The notes under the pieces were generated by a model. It did no database searches. It had not been told where the DNA came from and was given only the letters and a program-made list of their open reading frames with translations. 64,000 bases of DNA from a virus, in IMG/VR virus record IMGVR_UViG_3300021957_000015, positions 1 to 64,000 of that record. One strand, given 5' to 3'. Positions 8,808 to 17,853 of this stretch are shown here, piece by piece (positions within the stretch are counted from its first letter, which is position 1; every line of letters begins with the position of its first letter). Made by a program: the position numbers and the translations under genes.

Positions 8808-9374
8808 ATGGCAAAACAAATATTATCGTTCGAAGAGTACAGTAAGAACATTAAAGCTTCTGATGTAGGAGAACACGAAAACCCTGAAGGGTATCCAGCA
8901 CCTGAAGGTGAAACTGATGACGTTGAAGATTACAATGACGAAGAAATTGAAGAGTCTGAAGACGAAGAACGTGAAGAAGAGGTTTCTGATGCCGAAGATG
9001 CAGATGAAGCTGAAGTAGACGGTGACGTTGAACAGGGAACTGACAAGGATAAAGATGAGGAAGTAATTATAGTATCTGAAATGATTGCTAAAGTTTACAA
9101 AAATGTTGTAGCTGAAGCATGTAGTTACGTATCAGACGATTATGATAATCATACTTTAGAATCTTATATGAAAGAAAATGCAGCATTAGTTGCAGGAATG
9201 GCAGCACAAGCACTAGAAGAAGCATATAAAGAGATTAACGAAGATCAAGAACTTGCTAACGAAACGTATGAAGCTATGATGAACGAAATGAAAGAAGCAT
9301 ATTCTAATAAAATCGATCAATGTAGAGAATCTTTTACTGGAGCGCCAAGAGGCCACGCTGAAGAAGAAGCATAA
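8808..9374 (+). CDS. Highly acidic putative prohead-core/internal protein
   Basis: MAKQILSFEEY leader; long D/E-rich tract; helical C-terminal half. Confidence 0.6.
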   Translation: MAKQILSFEEYSKNIKASDVGEHENPEGYPAPEGETDDVEDYNDEEIEESEDEEREEEVSDAEDADEAEVDGDVEQGTDKDKDEEVIIVSEMIAKVYKNVVAEACSYVSDDYDNHTLESYMKENAALVAGMAAQALEEAYKEINEDQELANETYEAMMNEMKEAYSNKIDQCRESFTGAPRGHAEEEA

Positions 9375-9391
9375 AAATACCGGGAATAATT

Positions 9392-9688
9392 ATGAAATAC
9401 TTACAACTATTTGAACATTTCATTAATGAAAGATTTAACTCTAAAAGAGCAGAGAAAGAACTAAAAGCAATGGGATTTAAAGGTGCTGATGGCAGTGGAG
9501 GTGAAATTTCAGTTGAAACTGCAGAAATGGAAAATCCATTCGGCAATGATGCAGCATTTACATTCTTTTGGAACGGTAAAGACGTATGGGCAGAAGCTGA
9601 AGATGGTTCTTATGCAGAACAAGCCCAAGAAATCGAAACGGTAGAACAGTTCGCAGACTGTCTTGAATTTGGAGAGGGTTGGTCATAA
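9392..9688 (+). CDS. Putative virion-internal protein
   Basis: Leader MKYLQLFEHFINE. Confidence 0.7.
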   Translation: MKYLQLFEHFINERFNSKRAEKELKAMGFKGADGSGGEISVETAEMENPFGNDAAFTFFWNGKDVWAEAEDGSYAEQAQEIETVEQFADCLEFGEGWS

Positions 9689-9705
9689 ACAGACACACAT
9701 TTTAA

Positions 9706-9732
9706 TAAACTTTTTAAGAAGTCCGTGTATAA
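9706..9732 (+). promoter_or_regulatory. Putative class-2 promoter TAAAC-N17-TATAA
   Basis: Upstream of dCMP deaminase; matches the motif at 3178, 54574 and 54799. Confidence 0.5.
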
Positions 9733-9747
9733 TACATGGACTTTTTT
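9719..9747 (+). terminator. Rho-independent terminator overlapping the promoter -10 box
   Basis: 11-bp stem AAGTCCGTGTA/TACATGGACTT (one G-U), then a T-run. Confidence 0.75.
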
Positions 9748-9760
9748 ATTTTAACAAGAT

Positions 9761-10267
9761 ATGCCTAGAATACCAGTAGACTTAATATACATGCAAATGG
9801 CTTACCAAATATCTAAGCTTTCTTATGCTAAGCGTAAGCGAGTGGGTTGTATTATTGTAAAAGATACACAGATTATATCTACCGGATATAATGGAACACC
9901 TTACAAATTTGATAATGACTGTGAAGAAGATCAAATCAGATACGTCGATAACCCTGATCATCTAGAAATTTTAATAGAAAAAGGATATGACTGTGAAGAT
10001 GGATGTTGTTCTAAAGAAGTAACTAAACGAGAAGTCTTACATGCAGAATCAAACGCATTGGCAAAAATTAGTCGTTCTACTCTTTCATCTGAAGGTGCAG
10101 ACATGTACGTAACAATGTCGCCTTGCTTTGACTGCGCAAAATTAATTATTCAATCAGGTATTGCAAGGGTATTTTATTCAGAAAGTTATAGAGATATGGC
10201 AGGAGTAGAATTACTAGAAAAAGCAGGTATCGCCGTAAAAGAAGTTATATGCTGGAACGATCTATAG
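9761..10267 (+). CDS. dCMP deaminase
   Basis: VGCIIVKD..IISTGYNG, LHAESNA and SPCFDC zinc motifs. Confidence 0.93.
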   Translation: MPRIPVDLIYMQMAYQISKLSYAKRKRVGCIIVKDTQIISTGYNGTPYKFDNDCEEDQIRYVDNPDHLEILIEKGYDCEDGCCSKEVTKREVLHAESNALAKISRSTLSSEGADMYVTMSPCFDCAKLIIQSGIARVFYSESYRDMAGVELLEKAGIAVKEVICWNDL

Positions 10268-11979
10268 ATCAAATCATAGACAGCGCCTTAGAGGCCAACA
10301 CATTTGGAATAGGTTTTGAATTTAGAAAAAACCAAAGAGAAATCATAACTAAAATATGTGAAGCCTATAAAAAAGATCCAGATTCTACTGTTGTAATAGA
10401 CGCACCTACTGGAAGTGGAAAATCACTTATAGCAATGTGGTCTTCGTATGTCATGAAAGAAATGGGTAAACGAGGTTACTTAGTAACTAGTGATTTGACA
10501 TTGCAAGATCAGTACGAATCAGATTTCATGAGACTTAAATTAAATTGGCCATCTATTAGAGGTGTAGACAATTATGAATGTAGCGTGAATGGTTTACCAT
10601 TCTCATTAGGAGATTGTAAACTAAAAGGAATGGGATATGAAGCTGCTAAAGAATTATCTTGTTATAGTTCTTGTGAATATTTACAAAACAGATCTAGAGC
10701 GATTGATCAACCGATAGCTTTGTTAAATTACGCTTTTTGGTTAATTCAAAGAAATTACGTTGATGCTAAAATGAGGCTAGACGATAGGCCTGTTCCATTT
10801 GAAAAAAGAGATTTTGTGTTTTTCGATGAAGCACATAAAATAGATGAGATTGTTCAAGGGCATTTTAGCCCTAGAGTTGATCCTTCATTAGTAGATAAAA
10901 TACTAGAAGCTACTAGATTTTCAAATAAGCAAGGTTTTGGTAGTAGCGCGTATACTCGAGGTAAACTAACAAGCCTTGTTAATGATTTAATGAAAGGAGA
11001 TAAATCTACCGTATTTGAAGCATTACAAGAATTCGATGCTATTCTTAAAGTATATGGTAAAATCAGAAATGAAGGTAATAAAGCTGCTAAACTTAGGTAC
11101 AAAAGTCAAACTCTTCCAAGAGATTGGCAAAAAGCTTTCGGTATTTTTGATAGATTAAAGGACACTCATTGTAAAATTAACGATTATGTTGCTCTTATAA
11201 AATCAGTAGGTGTAGATAAAATGGTACTTGATCAAAGAGAAGAAGAGTCTACATTTAAATGTGTTGAAGAGGCACTTATGATAAACAAATACTTGCACGA
11301 GAAATCAGGATTTAAAGTATTTATGAGTGCAACTATTGGAGATCCAAGATCTTTTGTAAAAATAATGGGAATTAAGAATGCGCAGTTTATTAGATTAGAC
11401 AATGTATTTAATTATGAAAAATCTCCTGTTGTTTTTATAAACAGACACAAACTAACATATAGAGAGAAGATCAAGAGTTTGCCACATGTGGTTGCTATCT
11501 TAGATCAGATTATAGATAAACACAAGGGTCAGCGCGGTATCATCCACACTGGATCATATGAGTTTACTAACTATATTAAACAAAACACTAAGCATCCTTT
11601 TAGAATTATGGACTATGAAAATTCTAAAGAGAAAGCTGGCATGATTGACTTATTTAAGAAAAAAGAAAATGGTGTATTAATGGGACCATCTTTATTAGAA
11701 GGCTTAGATCTTAAGGATGATACAAGTAGATTTCAAATATTTTTTAAAGTGCCATATCCTAATTTAAATGAACCGTTAATCAAAGCTAAGTTAAATAAAT
11801 CAAATGAGTGGTATGATTGGAAAACGGGCATTAGCGTAATGCAAGGCGTTGGAAGGTCAGTGAGAAGCGAGAATGATTGGGCTATCACATATATCCTGGA
11901 TGCTAGCTTTAAAAACCTGATAAATAAGAAGGGATTCTTCCCTCCATCCTTTTTAGAAAGGCTTAAAACTATAAAATAA
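10249..11979 (+). CDS. DinG/XPD-family SF2 helicase
   Basis: Q motif FRKNQ, Walker A APTGSGKS, DEAH, SAT, EGLD, KVPYPN, QGVGRSVRS; four Cys in the Fe-S region. Confidence 0.88.
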   Translation: MLERSIDQIIDSALEANTFGIGFEFRKNQREIITKICEAYKKDPDSTVVIDAPTGSGKSLIAMWSSYVMKEMGKRGYLVTSDLTLQDQYESDFMRLKLNWPSIRGVDNYECSVNGLPFSLGDCKLKGMGYEAAKELSCYSSCEYLQNRSRAIDQPIALLNYAFWLIQRNYVDAKMRLDDRPVPFEKRDFVFFDEAHKIDEIVQGHFSPRVDPSLVDKILEATRFSNKQGFGSSAYTRGKLTSLVNDLMKGDKSTVFEALQEFDAILKVYGKIRNEGNKAAKLRYKSQTLPRDWQKAFGIFDRLKDTHCKINDYVALIKSVGVDKMVLDQREEESTFKCVEEALMINKYLHEKSGFKVFMSATIGDPRSFVKIMGIKNAQFIRLDNVFNYEKSPVVFINRHKLTYREKIKSLPHVVAILDQIIDKHKGQRGIIHTGSYEFTNYIKQNTKHPFRIMDYENSKEKAGMIDLFKKKENGVLMGPSLLEGLDLKDDTSRFQIFFKVPYPNLNEPLIKAKLNKSNEWYDWKTGISVMQGVGRSVRSENDWAITYILDASFKNLINKKGFFPPSFLERLKTIK

Positions 11980-12560
11980 TGGCATACACATCAATAATCA
12001 TTGACAACTTTTATGAAAACCCAGATGAGGTTAGAGAATTTGCACTTTCACAAGAATACAACGTTAGTGGTAATTTTCCTGGGAATAGAACAACACCATT
12101 CTTAAATGAAAGTACTAAAGAACATATAGCTAGTCATATTTCTCCACTTCATGGTAAAATAACTTGGGTTACTGAAGAATATACAGGTGCATTTCAATAT
12201 ACTACACAAGATGACAGAAGTTGGATTCATGCTGATGAACATAACAAATGGGCTGGAGTTTTATACTTAACTCCTAACGCACCATTAAGTGGAGGTACTG
12301 GTATTTTTAAACATAAAGCATCTGGTCTATATAAGATACCAAGAAATATAGATGAAAGCGTGAATTTAGATATAACTAATACACTATATAAGGACTCAAG
12401 AGACATGACTAAATGGGAGTTAGTTGACTTTATAGGAAACAAGTATAATAGACTGGTGATTTATCAAGGTGATCTATTTCACTCTTCACTAGATTATTTC
12501 GGAACAGATATTAATAACGGGAGATTGTTTCAGACATTCTTTTTTGACACAGAAAAATAA
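11979..12560 (+). CDS. 2OG-Fe(II) oxygenase-like protein (DUF6445-like)
   Basis: IIDNFY..P..VR, FPG.RT, HAD (HxD), YLTP..GGT, NRLVIY, distal H and R. Confidence 0.8.
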   Translation: MAYTSIIIDNFYENPDEVREFALSQEYNVSGNFPGNRTTPFLNESTKEHIASHISPLHGKITWVTEEYTGAFQYTTQDDRSWIHADEHNKWAGVLYLTPNAPLSGGTGIFKHKASGLYKIPRNIDESVNLDITNTLYKDSRDMTKWELVDFIGNKYNRLVIYQGDLFHSSLDYFGTDINNGRLFQTFFFDTEK

Positions 12561-12564
12561 AATT

Positions 12565-12786
12565 ATGGGATTTAATAAAATGTATTTACCAGAAGTTGAA
12601 GAACTAAAGCAATTCTTAATAGAACATGGAAATCAAGGATTTATAGAAAGATGGTGTGTACCTTTTCTAAAAAGAGATGCTATTATAGGGCCAGAAAAGT
12701 CTATTGACTTTATTAAACAATTTATAAAACAAGAGTATAATGATAGTAGAACTGTTAAAACAAACTTACCAGATTCTGCGAAATAA
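12565..12786 (+). CDS. Hypothetical protein (MGFNK...)
   Basis: ATG 12565 just after the upstream stop, preferred to TTG 12544. Confidence 0.65.
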   Translation: MGFNKMYLPEVEELKQFLIEHGNQGFIERWCVPFLKRDAIIGPEKSIDFIKQFIKQEYNDSRTVKTNLPDSAK

Positions 12787-12814
12787 GCATAATACGCTTA
12801 AAATTAAAGAAGAT

Positions 12815-13417
12815 ATGAGTATAAAGGAACAAGAGACAACTAAGGTTAAAGAACCTCAAATTTATGTTTGGGGTAAAACAGAAAAAGCAGGTACAATAGT
12901 TGTACATAATGTTGAAAAATCAGACGCTAAATATATGGCATTTACTGACGGATCTAAATGTGCAACTCATTTGGTAGATGAAATGTTGATTTTGGCTAGA
13001 AATCAAGATGATGCAAACAATCTTGCATTGTCTTTTAATCCAGCTGCCAAAGTTATAAATGACTCTAATGAAGACATTGATCATCAGGCTGCACCTGATA
13101 AAGCTGCCGATGTAAAGGTCTCTAAATTTCAAGAACCAATAGAAACAGAAATTAATGTCATGATGGAGATGCTCAGAAAAATGAGTGCTAAAAACCATGC
13201 TAGTATGCCAGTAAAAGTTAACATTCCTTCAAAAGAAGTTTACGATCTATTTAAAGATCAGATGGATATTACTAAAAAAGACCTTAATTCACAAATAGGG
13301 CTGCTAGTAGAAAGTCAGATAGATAATCTAAGAGAGCAATTAAAAGAACAAATAGAATCATTTATTAAAAATTATTATAATGGAACAACAACAAAATCAA
13401 GCAACGCCAAATCGTAG
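12815..13417 (+). CDS. Hypothetical protein
   Basis: Likely start MSIKEQ with an A-rich leader; ORF-track start 12740 overlaps the previous gene. Confidence 0.65.
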   Translation: MSIKEQETTKVKEPQIYVWGKTEKAGTIVVHNVEKSDAKYMAFTDGSKCATHLVDEMLILARNQDDANNLALSFNPAAKVINDSNEDIDHQAAPDKAADVKVSKFQEPIETEINVMMEMLRKMSAKNHASMPVKVNIPSKEVYDLFKDQMDITKKDLNSQIGLLVESQIDNLREQLKEQIESFIKNYYNGTTTKSSNAKS

Positions 13418-13772
13418 ACAAAGAAGAGCTTACTTAAAGCAACAAGGTATTATTAAGGAGCTTGCTAAGATGCCATATTTTGGTGAAGTTAGATCTAAAG
13501 TTAGATCTGAAAATATTGCATATGGTAAAAAGTTGCATGCTGAAAACACTAGACGCATTGAAGAGCTAAATGCTACTAGATTAGAAGCAACATTAGATGC
13601 AGCTAAATTAACTTGGAATGAACAAGGATACAATGCTGCTGAAATAGAAATGTTAGAAGAAGCATGGGCTTTAGGTGCTATTAAGAATAAAGAAACTTAT
13701 CGAGAAGATAAGAAACTAAGGAAAGAATTGTTGGCTAAAGTTAAAGAATCTAGGGCTAACAGAACAAAATAA
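13380..13772 (+). CDS. Hypothetical basic helical protein (NRRQRR)
   Basis: 130-aa ORF. Confidence 0.7.
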   Translation: MEQQQNQATPNRRQRRAYLKQQGIIKELAKMPYFGEVRSKVRSENIAYGKKLHAENTRRIEELNATRLEATLDAAKLTWNEQGYNAAEIEMLEEAWALGAIKNKETYREDKKLRKELLAKVKESRANRTK

Positions 13773-13780
13773 TCTACCGA

Positions 13781-14101
13781 ATGATTACAATTAGTATAGA
13801 ACCTGCAGACAATGGTGTCATTAAATTTGTATTTGATGATAATGTAAATGGAGGAGGAGAAGAGTATACTTCTAGGACTGTATATGAATTTGAAGGACCT
13901 AAGACAAGATCAAATCAAATTAAATTTCTTAAGGAATTAGTTATGGATTTAGGTTTGTCTACTGGAACACAATTAGATGCTAATGAACTAGTTATAAAAT
14001 CTCAATGGGGTAGTAAATATAAACCTACTGAAAAAGAATTAAAACTGAAGATTTCGGAGCTTGAGCTATCGCTTAAGTATTACAAATCACAAATACAATA
14101 A
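13781..14101 (+). CDS. Hypothetical protein
   Basis: 106-aa ORF coupled to the next gene. Confidence 0.7.
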   Translation: MITISIEPADNGVIKFVFDDNVNGGGEEYTSRTVYEFEGPKTRSNQIKFLKELVMDLGLSTGTQLDANELVIKSQWGSKYKPTEKELKLKISELELSLKYYKSQIQ

Positions 14102-14505
14102 TGACTTTAAGAATAGACGGCGTCTGGTGCAGAACTAAAACAGAATTTGAAAAATTAGCGAAATCTAGAGATTATGATCTCGCAGTATCTTATTTTGATA
14201 TCTATAATCGTTTGATTAAGAGTGATCCATATGGATCTGAACCGTCGTCTATTATTGTAGCGCTTTACATCAGGAAGATGTTAAAAAAACTAATCACAGA
14301 TTCTAGTGAGGTTGAAGAAATTTCAATAGCATATATGTTTAAAGAACTAGACACTAAAAGTGTTTTAGGCTTTAAAGACTTTATACATGATCTTGTTCAA
14401 GACAGAGACATTAACTTAGACTTAACTATTATCAACCGATGTGATTACCCAAAAAGAGGTGTATTAAGCAAGTTTGATAATGTTAAGTTTATAGATAATG
14501 ATTAA
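14101..14505 (+). CDS. Hypothetical protein
   Basis: 134-aa ORF with TAATG coupling. Confidence 0.7.
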   Translation: MTLRIDGVWCRTKTEFEKLAKSRDYDLAVSYFDIYNRLIKSDPYGSEPSSIIVALYIRKMLKKLITDSSEVEEISIAYMFKELDTKSVLGFKDFIHDLVQDRDINLDLTIINRCDYPKRGVLSKFDNVKFIDND

Positions 14506-15097
14506 ACATAAATTATTTTCTAAAGGAGAACAAATTCAAGCGTTGATCTCTACTACTCAAAACCCTAACATACTTATTCCTGTTAGGGCAACTATATATG
14601 ATGTTAAATTTGATGACACCAATCCAAAATATCAAATTAGAATTAAAAAGTTCTACGATAATGCATACTTTCTAAAAAAGAACATTTTTGGTGGAAGATT
14701 TATTAAAAACTTTGAAGGAAAGGACACAAAATTAAATGTCAAAAGAGCTGGTTACAGTACTGTTAAAGAAATAGAAGATAATTTATTTAATGGTGATAAA
14801 TGGAAGAACTATCTAATAGTGGTAGACTCCGTGTTCTGTACCAAGACTCGCAGTGAACAGATTGAACTATTCAATAATATACAAACGTTTCAAATACAAA
14901 TGTGCATAAAGGAGCTCTATGAGCTTACTAATAGAGCCACATATAGCAACGGACAATTCTTTTATAATTCGCAAGGTGAATTTGTTGCATCCCTTAAAAA
15001 ATTCTTAGGTAATCGGTTACCATCTGATCCAAATTGGAGTGCTGATCTCTTATATCGTCCAGAATCTTCTGAAATGGACGATGTAGAATGGGTTTGA
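14498..15097 (+). CDS. Hypothetical protein
   Basis: 199-aa ORF. Confidence 0.75.
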   Translation: MIKHKLFSKGEQIQALISTTQNPNILIPVRATIYDVKFDDTNPKYQIRIKKFYDNAYFLKKNIFGGRFIKNFEGKDTKLNVKRAGYSTVKEIEDNLFNGDKWKNYLIVVDSVFCTKTRSEQIELFNNIQTFQIQMCIKELYELTNRATYSNGQFFYNSQGEFVASLKKFLGNRLPSDPNWSADLLYRPESSEMDDVEWV

Positions 15098-15149
15098 TAT
15101 ATACTTTAGAGAAAATTATATTAATGTAATATATTTTTCTAGATATATA
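15096..15149 (+). promoter_or_regulatory. Two GATATATA late-promoter motifs (15096, 15142) flanking an AT-rich inverted repeat at the start of the structural module
   Basis: Both 8-mers visible; imperfect hairpin 15107-15141 between them. Confidence 0.65.
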
Positions 15150-15168
15150 AAATAAACCATTACAAATA

Positions 15169-16995
15169 ATGCCAGAACTTGTTTTTACTTATATTAGCGG
15201 ACCGTCTGCATCGGGAAAATATTCCTTAGAAAATCCCCTTGGTGTTCAGTTTGAAACTTTCGTGTCGGATATTGATGAAAGCGGAGAGGCAACATTGAAT
15301 GGATATCCAATAAGAGGGTTTCCTGTTGATGAAGAAGATGCCGCAACAGTGGATTCTCAAGGTAATACTACTATAGAATCGTCTGCGCAAGATACTCCAC
15401 CTAATGCAACTAGTTTATATGGTGTAAACGAGGTAGATTCTAGAAATTATACTGTTGGTAAAACTGTCAGCGGTACTGGTGGTGATAAAATAGAAGATTC
15501 TGGAACATCTGTTTCGGCAGGTTTAGGTCTTAATTCTAAAATGAATGCATGGTCTTTACATAAATATAAAAATAGATCTGATTCTTCTAAAGATGATATG
15601 TCAAGTGGAAAAGACTCTTATAATAAAGCAGTATTCCACCATGGGTTAGCTGACGCATATAATCCAACTGCCAGTAATATTGTAAACGAATCTAGAGAGC
15701 ACAACTCAATTGCTTACACTTATAGTTTTAGTGATTTTCTACAAGCAGAACATTACGGTAAAATATCTAATGATTATTTAATTACACTAAGAAGATTTCC
15801 ATATCCTGTTCAGGATGATCTTAAGAATATGATGATTCCTGGAAAAGACGGAAAGCCAGTTGATGGTTCTATGCCAGATTTAGCGAGAGCTATTACTTGG
15901 ATGTCTCCTAAATTAGGTAATGAAATGAAATCTATTCTTAAATTTGGAACTAAATTTAATTGGAAAGAGATAGAATCTGAAATTCAAAAAATTACAGCAA
16001 GTGCTGGTAAAAAAGGTAAAGTAGGTGCTATGATTGACGGAAGCCCGTTATTAAGTGCTGTAAACGCAGGTGTAAATAATGTAAGTCCAGAACAAGCTAT
16101 CAGGACAAAAGACAAAGGAGCAGGTTGGGATCCAACTAGTGAAACATATCCTAATAAAGTATTTGGACCATTAAATGTAATTAAAAAGGTTTTAACAAAA
16201 CAACAGGGATTGGAATTTGATCAATCGTTTGAATTAAATTTTTATTATGATTTAAAAGCTTTACCAGATACAAGTCCAAAGGTAGCATTTATGGATACGT
16301 TATCTAATATATTAGCATTAACATATAACAATGCTCCTTTCTGGGGTGGTGCTACAAGAGGATTAGGTAGTGGTAGTATTGGTAAACCATTTGGTGATAT
16401 TGCTAAACTTAAGAGTGGTGATTATAAAGGTTTTTTAGGATCAGTTGCTAAACAAGTAAAAGGAGCGGCTGGTTTTGCATTAGGCGATTTAGGTAATGCG
16501 GTAAAAGGTGTTGCTAATGGTAAAGGTATAAATGCACTCGGTGATTCTAAAATTTTAGATAACATTGTCGGTGGTGGATTAATGAAAATGATGAATAGCC
16601 CACAGGGTGCATCAACTGTTGCAGCGTTCTTAACAGGTGATCCAACTGGACAATGGCACGTAACTATAGGTAATCCTATGAATCCAATGATTGTATGTGG
16701 AAACTTAGCAATGATAGAAAGCAAAATAGAATTTGATGGACCATTAGGTTACGAAGGGTTTCCTAGTAAATTAAAATTAACCGTACAAATGAAGCCCGGT
16801 AGACCAAGAGACAAAGGTGAAATTGAATCTATGTTTAATGCAGGTAGAGGTAGATCATATTTACAACCAGATGTTGAAGGTTCAATAGACGTTAGTGCAA
16901 TGTTCGATGTAAGTGCATATGGTAACAAAGATAACACAGCTTCTCACGTTACTAAGGCATTCCTTAAAAGAGTTTCTGACCTTAACGCCGGATAA
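15169..16995 (+). CDS. Putative baseplate tail-tube initiator (gp48-like tube fold)
   Basis: First gene of the baseplate cluster; FELNFYYDL...WHVTIGNPMNP...GFPSKLKLTVQMK pattern; family assignment is inferred. Confidence 0.45.
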   Translation: MPELVFTYISGPSASGKYSLENPLGVQFETFVSDIDESGEATLNGYPIRGFPVDEEDAATVDSQGNTTIESSAQDTPPNATSLYGVNEVDSRNYTVGKTVSGTGGDKIEDSGTSVSAGLGLNSKMNAWSLHKYKNRSDSSKDDMSSGKDSYNKAVFHHGLADAYNPTASNIVNESREHNSIAYTYSFSDFLQAEHYGKISNDYLITLRRFPYPVQDDLKNMMIPGKDGKPVDGSMPDLARAITWMSPKLGNEMKSILKFGTKFNWKEIESEIQKITASAGKKGKVGAMIDGSPLLSAVNAGVNNVSPEQAIRTKDKGAGWDPTSETYPNKVFGPLNVIKKVLTKQQGLEFDQSFELNFYYDLKALPDTSPKVAFMDTLSNILALTYNNAPFWGGATRGLGSGSIGKPFGDIAKLKSGDYKGFLGSVAKQVKGAAGFALGDLGNAVKGVANGKGINALGDSKILDNIVGGGLMKMMNSPQGASTVAAFLTGDPTGQWHVTIGNPMNPMIVCGNLAMIESKIEFDGPLGYEGFPSKLKLTVQMKPGRPRDKGEIESMFNAGRGRSYLQPDVEGSIDVSAMFDVSAYGNKDNTASHVTKAFLKRVSDLNAG

Positions 16996-17009
16996 AATTA
17001 TAATATACT

Positions 17010-17834
17010 ATGGATTTTAAAAGCATAATAAACAAAACAGTAGACACGGTCAAATTAATAATGACTCAACCTACAATGATCTTTAGAAATAAGGATAATG
17101 CTGAAATTATAGCAGAACATGTAGTAACTAAAGATGATAAAGTTAGGCCAGATTTAATAGCTTTAAAATATTATGGAGATCATACTAAAACAGATATGAT
17201 CTTAAAATATAATAGGATATCTGATCCATTTAGTATAAATCCAGGTGAAATCATACTAGTGCCTTCTCCTGATACTGCATATTATAGATTAGAAAGACCA
17301 GCATCGGTTGAAGATAATATAGTCAAAAGACAGTTTGTAGATACTAAAAGATTAAGTCAGAAAGATCAAAAAAGAATAGATGCACTTAAAAAGAAATATA
17401 ATAAAGAAACTCTTTTGCCACCTAATGTTATTCCAGTAGGTAAAAAGAATTATGAGTTTAATGGAAATCAAGTTAGAATGGGCGCACAAGTTCAAACAGA
17501 TCCTGTTACCGAGTCTATTACTGCTGAAGTTATTGCATCTCAGAATGCAGAAAAGAGCCAAAGAGATATTGTACTAGAACAACAAGGTTCTGATTTTGAA
17601 GGTACTAGTGCTGGTGATAGTAATGGTGATAGTAATAGTAATAACGAAACAACTGATACTACTGCTGAAAATCAATTTAACAATGCATCAGGACAAGGCG
17701 GATCAGATGGATCAAATAATAGTAAATCAGATTCTGCAGATTCAACCGGGGACAATAACAATGGAGGAGACGCTCCTGCTGGAAAAGATAGTACAGATAC
17801 TGGTGGAAGTGAAGATTCACCGTGTGCCAAATAA
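17010..17834 (+). CDS. Baseplate wedge LysM-like protein (gp53/tail X-like) with a low-complexity tail
   Basis: RPDLIALKYYG...ILKYN.ISDPFSI.PG.I.LVP; S/D/N/G-rich C-terminus. Confidence 0.7.
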   Translation: MDFKSIINKTVDTVKLIMTQPTMIFRNKDNAEIIAEHVVTKDDKVRPDLIALKYYGDHTKTDMILKYNRISDPFSINPGEIILVPSPDTAYYRLERPASVEDNIVKRQFVDTKRLSQKDQKRIDALKKKYNKETLLPPNVIPVGKKNYEFNGNQVRMGAQVQTDPVTESITAEVIASQNAEKSQRDIVLEQQGSDFEGTSAGDSNGDSNSNNETTDTTAENQFNNASGQGGSDGSNNSKSDSADSTGDNNNGGDAPAGKDSTDTGGSEDSPCAK

Positions 17835-17853
17835 TTTGACTAATAAATAATAG

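Noticed and set aside
12757-12792. Possible class-2 promoter before the gene at 12815
   Set aside because: AAAC is present, but the spacing and -10 box (N16-AATAA) do not fit the other copies
17596-17850. Alternate-frame hydrophobic ORF (MKVLVLVIVMVIVIVI...)
   Set aside because: Frame-shifted read of the GAT/AGT/AAT-rich low-complexity tail of the LysM gene; TTG start
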